This document shows positions 59,651 to 64,000 of a stretch of DNA of 64,000 nt, piece after piece. A program made the translations under genes and the position numbers. This stretch comes from a virus, in the IMG/VR virus record IMGVR_UViG_3300045988_056849; one strand, given 5' to 3'. The notes under the pieces are model-generated. The model did no database searches and was not told where the DNA came from. It saw only the letters and a list, made by a program, of their open reading frames with translations. Numbering within the stretch: the stretch's first letter is position 1; each line of letters starts with the position of its first letter.

Positions 59651-60624
59651 TGAATATAATTTTTGACGGAAACTACGCATTTCACAAATGCTTCAGCGTT
59701 TTTTCTCAATATTACAAAGGTCAAGATATGTCAGACGTATTGAGCGACCCAGAGAAGCAGCAAGTTTTACTGCGTAAATGCATCATAGACATGTGTGCAG
59801 CAATCAAACGGTTTAAGGATATCAAACGAGTGGCATTTGTGATAGATAGCTCTTCATGGCGTTACAGTATCTACGATGATTACAAGTACGCTCTTACGAG
59901 AGTCAGAGACCCATTTTACAAGCATTTCCTGACCGTATTAGATATGTTTGAGGCTCTTCTTCGGAGAAAAGGACTAATCGTCAGTAGAGTCATGGGAGCA
60001 GAGGGGGATGACCTTCTGTACGTATGGGGCTTGTACTTTGGATATTGTTTGGACGAAGAGCTGGTAATAATTACTGGTGATTCCGATATTCGACAAATCA
60101 TGAACAAAAACGTTTCCTTGTTCAACAATAACTCAAAGAACTTGAAGATGTATTGTATCCCAGAGAAGGAAGTGTTTTGGAACGAGTATCTTGAAACTGA
60201 TGTTCAGGTCATACCTACGAAGCCATTTGAGGTTTTGTTATATAAGGTCATTATGGGAGACACTTCTGATAACATTCCTAAGCTCAAAGCAGGGTTTGGG
60301 CCAAAAGCCTTCGACAAGTTCATTGAATCAATCAGTCCTTATCACGAGCCGAAAGATATTGACCTTGTACCGATGGCTCAATGGATTGCCAAACGTTTCT
60401 CCGAGTTTACGAAAATGAAAGAGGAGGAAGTATTGGGACAAGTTTTATTCAATCTGAAGATGACGTGGTTGAACTTGTCTGTATATAACAATACCGATTA
60501 TCAGACTAAGAACGGCAAGAGCCTTCTTGAAAATATGCTTGACGATGTAAACGACCAAAAGAATAAATACAGTTATAGTAAAGCATACACGTTAGAAGAT
60601 TTTTATGGTATGGCAATCAAATAA
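59650..60624 (+). CDS. 5'-3' exonuclease / flap endonuclease (T4 RNase H / Pol I 5'-nuclease family)
   Basis: 'IIFDGNYAFHK', 'VIDSSSWRYSIYDDYKYALTR', 'GAEGDDLL', 'IITGDSDIRQI', 'GDTSDNIPKLKAGFGPKAFDKF'. Confidence 0.8.
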   Translation: MNIIFDGNYAFHKCFSVFSQYYKGQDMSDVLSDPEKQQVLLRKCIIDMCAAIKRFKDIKRVAFVIDSSSWRYSIYDDYKYALTRVRDPFYKHFLTVLDMFEALLRRKGLIVSRVMGAEGDDLLYVWGLYFGYCLDEELVIITGDSDIRQIMNKNVSLFNNNSKNLKMYCIPEKEVFWNEYLETDVQVIPTKPFEVLLYKVIMGDTSDNIPKLKAGFGPKAFDKFIESISPYHEPKDIDLVPMAQWIAKRFSEFTKMKEEEVLGQVLFNLKMTWLNLSVYNNTDYQTKNGKSLLENMLDDVNDQKNKYSYSKAYTLEDFYGMAIK

Positions 60625-60636
60625 ACATTGATAAAT

Positions 60637-60813
60637 ATGAAAAAGAAAACAATCATCTGGGTTGCAATTATTGTAGCCGTAGTTATCGGAGCGTTGGTGT
60701 ATATGCACTACACTCCTGTTTGGGTATCAATCTCAAACGTTGTGAGTTTAGCAATCGGTGTCGTTGTCGGCTGGATTGCTCATGTTTTGTATAACAAATA
60801 TATCAAAGAGTAA
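60637..60813 (+). CDS. Small two-TM membrane protein (58 aa)
   Basis: 'IIWVAIIVAVVIGALVY' and 'VVSLAIGVVVGWIAHVL'. ATG 60637 is preferred to the TTG at 60628. Confidence 0.45.
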   Translation: MKKKTIIWVAIIVAVVIGALVYMHYTPVWVSISNVVSLAIGVVVGWIAHVLYNKYIKE

Positions 60814-60815
60814 TC

Positions 60816-61481
60816 ATGGACGAAATTAGCAAAGCGATTCAAGGAGCGAGAGCTGCTCAGCGAGGACGCATCATGGGAAGTTTCTCAAACTTCCAAGAAG
60901 TAACAGCGGATGACGATGCTATCCGCAAAGGTGAAGAAGTATCGGAGGAAAATCCATTTGACAAAGCTGCCGAAGAAGCGGATGTGGAGAAGTCCGATGT
61001 AATAGATGCTTTATCCTATCAGGGAGACATTAAAGTGTCTAAGACTGGTAAGGAGATTAAAGACCAAGTGGACACCGTTCTGCTGCCTGCTATGACGGCA
61101 GACTTGGCTGTAAAGGAGGCTGAAGCTGATAAGAAGTTGAAAGACTGCGGAACAGCTCCGACCAAAGACCCAGACAAATGGTGGACGGATGGTATCAAGA
61201 TGGACTGCGGTTACAAAATCTATGATTGGGAAGAAACCTATGTTCCTAACAATGACGGAGGAAAGATGATGAGTTCACTTTCGGCTTCGGATGCAGAGGA
61301 CAAGAAAGGTAACGTGCCCGAAAATCAAGAGCAAGCAACATGCCGTAGAGAGTACAACGATATTGTACGAGCTATCTGCAATATCAAAGTTGATATCAAG
61401 GCGTGTGAGATTTTGAAAACTCTTGCTGACAATAAAGAGTTTGAACTTTCACCACGTCAGGTATTAGCATTAAGGTTTTAA
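60816..61481 (+). CDS. Hypothetical acidic protein (221 aa)
   Basis: ATG ORF followed by a terminator. No motif. Confidence 0.5.
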   Translation: MDEISKAIQGARAAQRGRIMGSFSNFQEVTADDDAIRKGEEVSEENPFDKAAEEADVEKSDVIDALSYQGDIKVSKTGKEIKDQVDTVLLPAMTADLAVKEAEADKKLKDCGTAPTKDPDKWWTDGIKMDCGYKIYDWEETYVPNNDGGKMMSSLSASDAEDKKGNVPENQEQATCRREYNDIVRAICNIKVDIKACEILKTLADNKEFELSPRQVLALRF

Positions 61482-61504
61482 CGTGGGGAGGTGTACTGCG
61501 ACTG

Positions 61505-61547
61505 GAGAGGGAATTGAGTTGTGAAACTTGGTTCCCTTTCATTTTTC
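61505..61547 (+). terminator. Rho-independent terminator with apical GNRA-type loop
   Basis: gagagggaa (61505-61513) pairs with ttccctttc (61532-61540, one G-U). Inner stem agtt-gtga-aact. Followed by atttttc. Confidence 0.7.
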
Positions 61548-61563
61548 TCCCATAGTTATTAAG
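61547..61563 (+). promoter_or_regulatory. Class II motif copy d: CTCCCATAGTTATTAAG
   Basis: Identical to copy a over tttttctcccatagtta. 15 nt before the ATG at 61578. Confidence 0.45.
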
Positions 61564-61577
61564 TAAAATGTTACACT

Positions 61578-61919
61578 ATGCCAATAGATAATGATAATCC
61601 ACAAGTATGGAGCTACTTTAAGCGAGGAGATATTGTCAAGGATTCAGAAGATAGTGTTTGGGGCAATACTAAATTTGAAATCACTGGGTTTCATGGTAAT
61701 TGGTACTGTCCTTTATTATCAACGAATATATGCGGCAAGTTCTATCCCAGCGGCAATCCTCAGCGTTGTAATTTAGGAGTGAGAGAAGCAAGGTTAATTA
61801 ACGCAGCTCACCGACCTTTCAAAAGAATGAAAAAAGTTCCTTTGCTGAAACTAATGGCGAAAGGAAACGTGGAAGCGAGGAGAGAATTTGTTATGAGAGT
61901 AAATACAAAAACTTTATAA
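61578..61919 (+). CDS. Hypothetical protein (113 aa)
   Basis: ATG ORF at the head of the operon containing the aGPT-Pplase-like gene. Confidence 0.45.
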   Translation: MPIDNDNPQVWSYFKRGDIVKDSEDSVWGNTKFEITGFHGNWYCPLLSTNICGKFYPSGNPQRCNLGVREARLINAAHRPFKRMKKVPLLKLMAKGNVEARREFVMRVNTKTL

Positions 61920-61922
61920 TTT

Positions 61923-63077
61923 ATGTTTGAACAAGCAGCATGGTATGATAAGCTCCCAAACGAGAGCTTGGAAGTGTACGAGCCTCATTTGAGATTATTC
62001 TTTGAGACTATGTACGAGCGACAAATGATTTGGAAACGTAGGTTCATAGACAAGAAGGAAAGACCTTGGACAGACAACAAGATATTCCAAGAGTCAAAAT
62101 TCACGAACGTGTACCGAGAACTTGACCGAAACAGTCAATGGCAAATCAAAAACATTCTTCTTGATGAAAGTCTTTCTTTGAAGAACTTGGTTTGGAAGAT
62201 GATGGTTTTCCGTTTCTTCAACAATCCTGAAACATTCGAGTTTGAACCGAAGGGAAAGAGCGTTCAACCCAGTCTATTCGGAGCACCTATCAAATCAGGA
62301 CTTAAACAAGCTCAATCTATGGACGAGCTTATTTCAGCCAAGAAATGGAAGAATGGTATTCCCGATTGGGAGGAGTATGACGAAGATGAATTCAGTCGTT
62401 TCATTGCGGGCGTTCGGAGTTCGGGTCAAAATCCATATACAACCGCTTACTTGATAAACTCTCAAGCAACACCTGGTCAGCCGAGAGATTATTGTTACAC
62501 AAGGGTTGTAATACCTCACCTGCATAAGAACGTAGGAAAGCTCATTGCTACGGTGATGAAAGCTAAAAGACCAGAAGATATTATTGAGTATCTGAAAACC
62601 TTCCCTGCGGTGGCGGATTTTATTGCTCATGAGTTCTATCAGGACTTCACATATATACCGAGATATACCAACCGTAAATTTATGAAGTTTGACCAAAACG
62701 ACTTCACGAACGTTGGGCCAGGTTGTAGTATAGGCATACGCCTTATTTATCCGAGCTTGAAAACTGTAAGAGAGCAAAAACAAGCTATCTACTGGTTGAA
62801 GGAAGCAGCAACCGAATGGCTTGAGAAAATTGGTAAAGAGAAGGGTGAGCCGTTTCCGTATCTTGATTGGGACAAAGAGAGTGGAGAATATTACACTTTC
62901 AGTCGCCAAGAGTATGAGGAAGATGAATTGAACCGTGATGTGCTATATACTGAAATAACCCTTCACCAGATTGAGATGTGGTTATGCGAGTTCCAGAAAT
63001 ATTGGAAGATGATTATTGGAGAAGGCAAACAGCGCAGCAAATTTCAACCGAGAAGCAAATCAATTATTTCAAAATAA
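61923..63077 (+). CDS. Alpha-glutamyl/putrescinyl-thymine pyrophosphorylase (aGPT-Pplase)-like DNA base hypermodification protein
   Basis: The N-terminal block 'ERQMIWKRRFIDKKERPWTDNKIFQESKFTNVYRELDRNSQW' matches the W-T-D...F-x-N-V-Y-R-E-x-D-R signature I associate with this family. 384 aa. This is recognition from memory, not a search. Confidence 0.5.
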   Translation: MFEQAAWYDKLPNESLEVYEPHLRLFFETMYERQMIWKRRFIDKKERPWTDNKIFQESKFTNVYRELDRNSQWQIKNILLDESLSLKNLVWKMMVFRFFNNPETFEFEPKGKSVQPSLFGAPIKSGLKQAQSMDELISAKKWKNGIPDWEEYDEDEFSRFIAGVRSSGQNPYTTAYLINSQATPGQPRDYCYTRVVIPHLHKNVGKLIATVMKAKRPEDIIEYLKTFPAVADFIAHEFYQDFTYIPRYTNRKFMKFDQNDFTNVGPGCSIGIRLIYPSLKTVREQKQAIYWLKEAATEWLEKIGKEKGEPFPYLDWDKESGEYYTFSRQEYEEDELNRDVLYTEITLHQIEMWLCEFQKYWKMIIGEGKQRSKFQPRSKSIISK

Positions 63078-63079
63078 CA

Positions 63080-64000
63080 ATGGACAAGAAATTAACAGAA
63101 TTTTTTGAGAAGAAAGAATTTGAGGTTGTAGAAAAGAAAACTACAACCCAAGTTCTTATTCAGAACTTACTTGCGTTCAGTGTACGTGAGAAGAAGGGAG
63201 GGTTGTTTGATATTTCAATCAACATAGTAAAGGACGAAGAAGAAAAGGAGAAGCTGAGAAAGCGTATCAACCGTGAAGGCTCTTCGGAGAACGAAGGTTG
63301 GAACATTGACTTTGAGAAAACTCCGATACTTCACAACGTAACGATAAGCCAATTTGAAGCCTTCTGTAAGCAAACTAAGCTCATTGCTCAGGTGAAACGT
63401 CTTTCGGAGTTCCGAGAGGTACAGAGCGACTTCACGTTGGCAGTAGCAGAAAAGGACGGCAAAACTTTGAAGTGGCGTTCAAACCTTCCTACGGAGAAGC
63501 ATATTGTTGATGCTGTATTCAAAGGCAGCGAGTACACTCACCGTTCAGTAGGTTTGGGCGGTTTAACTCTTACCAAGAAAGACGTTGTATTGGACTTGGG
63601 TGGTAATATCGGAGCTTTCACTTGCGACATCTTCGATAAAGTCAAAAAGGTCATTGTATTTGAACCTGAAGATGTGAACTATGAATTTCTATCTACGAAT
63701 ATAGAAGACAACGGAGCAAAGAACGTAATTGCCCACAAACAAGCCGTAGTTGGTAATGACGATAAGGTGCGTGACTTCTATCTGGGTAAAGCTCCGTATT
63801 ATTATTCATTCTTGGTAAAACATAACCGCAAGCGAGTTCCTGTTGAGTGCGTGAATATCAACGAGGTTATGAAGAAGTACAACCCTACCAAGATGAAGGT
63901 TGATATTGAAGGCTCTGAATGGGAAGTTCTTATCAACTGCACGGACTTCGGGAATGTTGACCAGATAATCTTTGAGTACAACTTCGATATGAATATGGAC
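63080..64000 (+). CDS. FkbM-family SAM-dependent methyltransferase with ~150-aa N-terminal extension, 3'-truncated by window edge
   Basis: Not in the ORF track because it runs off the window. ATG 63080 is followed by 307 open codons to 64000. SAM motif I 'VVLDLGGNIGAFT', 'VIVFEPE', and the FkbM hallmark 'KMKVDIEGSEWEVL'. Confidence 0.7.
   Translation, partial: MDKKLTEFFEKKEFEVVEKKTTTQVLIQNLLAFSVREKKGGLFDISINIVKDEEEKEKLRKRINREGSSENEGWNIDFEKTPILHNVTISQFEAFCKQTKLIAQVKRLSEFREVQSDFTLAVAEKDGKTLKWRSNLPTEKHIVDAVFKGSEYTHRSVGLGGLTLTKKDVVLDLGGNIGAFTCDIFDKVKKVIVFEPEDVNYEFLSTNIEDNGAKNVIAHKQAVVGNDDKVRDFYLGKAPYYYSFLVKHNRKRVPVECVNINEVMKKYNPTKMKVDIEGSEWEVLINCTDFGNVDQIIFEYNFDMNMD

Noticed and set aside
1-64000. 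Prophage boundaries, integrase, transposase or IS elements
   Set aside because: No tyrosine or serine recombinase, DDE transposase motifs or terminal inverted repeats were seen. The only mobile elements supported are the four free-standing GIY-YIG genes.

Overview
This window reads as one contiguous piece of a large tailed dsDNA bacteriophage genome. All of the roughly 83 credible genes are on the + strand and tightly packed, with many ATGA-type start/stop overlaps. The sequence is AT-rich, and start codons almost never have a Shine-Dalgarno sequence. Five copies of one promoter fit the Bacteroidota -33 TTTG / 19 nt / -7 TAnnTTTG architecture, so I infer a Bacteroidota host.

Layout:
- 1-9475: end of a myovirus-like baseplate and tail-fibre module, ending in a 1376-aa fibre with internal repeats.
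- 9476-9829: structured non-coding region.
- 9830-34691: replication/recombination module. It holds a UvsW-like helicase, DnaB-like helicase, DnaG-like primase, sigma-like factor, thymidylate-synthase-family enzyme, DnaE-type Pol III alpha, YfbR-like HD nucleotidase, gp32-like SSB, RecA/UvsX, SbcCD, RuvC and a UvrD-like helicase. Three free-standing GIY-YIG homing endonuclease genes interrupt it.
- 34699-50964: many small ORFs, including a PNK-like P-loop kinase, HU, a DnaQ-like exonuclease, envelope/lysis candidates, and a second 331-bp structured non-coding region (46365-46695).
- 51044-57878: large terminase, dUTPase, ferritin-like protein, B12-type ribonucleotide reductase and a second UvrD-like helicase.
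- 58005-64000: a frame-split DUF2786-like gene, a fourth GIY-YIG gene, a FEN/RNase H-type nuclease, and an aGPT-pyrophosphorylase-like gene followed directly by an FkbM-type methyltransferase cut by the window end.

Most interesting observations:
1. A dispersed gene set predicts post-replicative thymidine hypermodification: TS homologue, PNK-like kinase, aGPT-Pplase-like protein, FkbM methyltransferase, dUTPase and HD 5'-nucleotidase. The chemistry is possibly novel.
2. There are at least four families of conserved upstream DNA motifs alongside two phage sigma-like genes.
3. A set of histone-H1-like K/A/P-rich and poly-acidic proteins share a duplicated HeH-like module.
4. Two G5-box/GTAAC-rich structured non-coding regions sit at module boundaries.

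I saw no rRNA, tRNA, CRISPR array, integrase or transposase. All functional calls rest on motif recognition by eye, with no database search.
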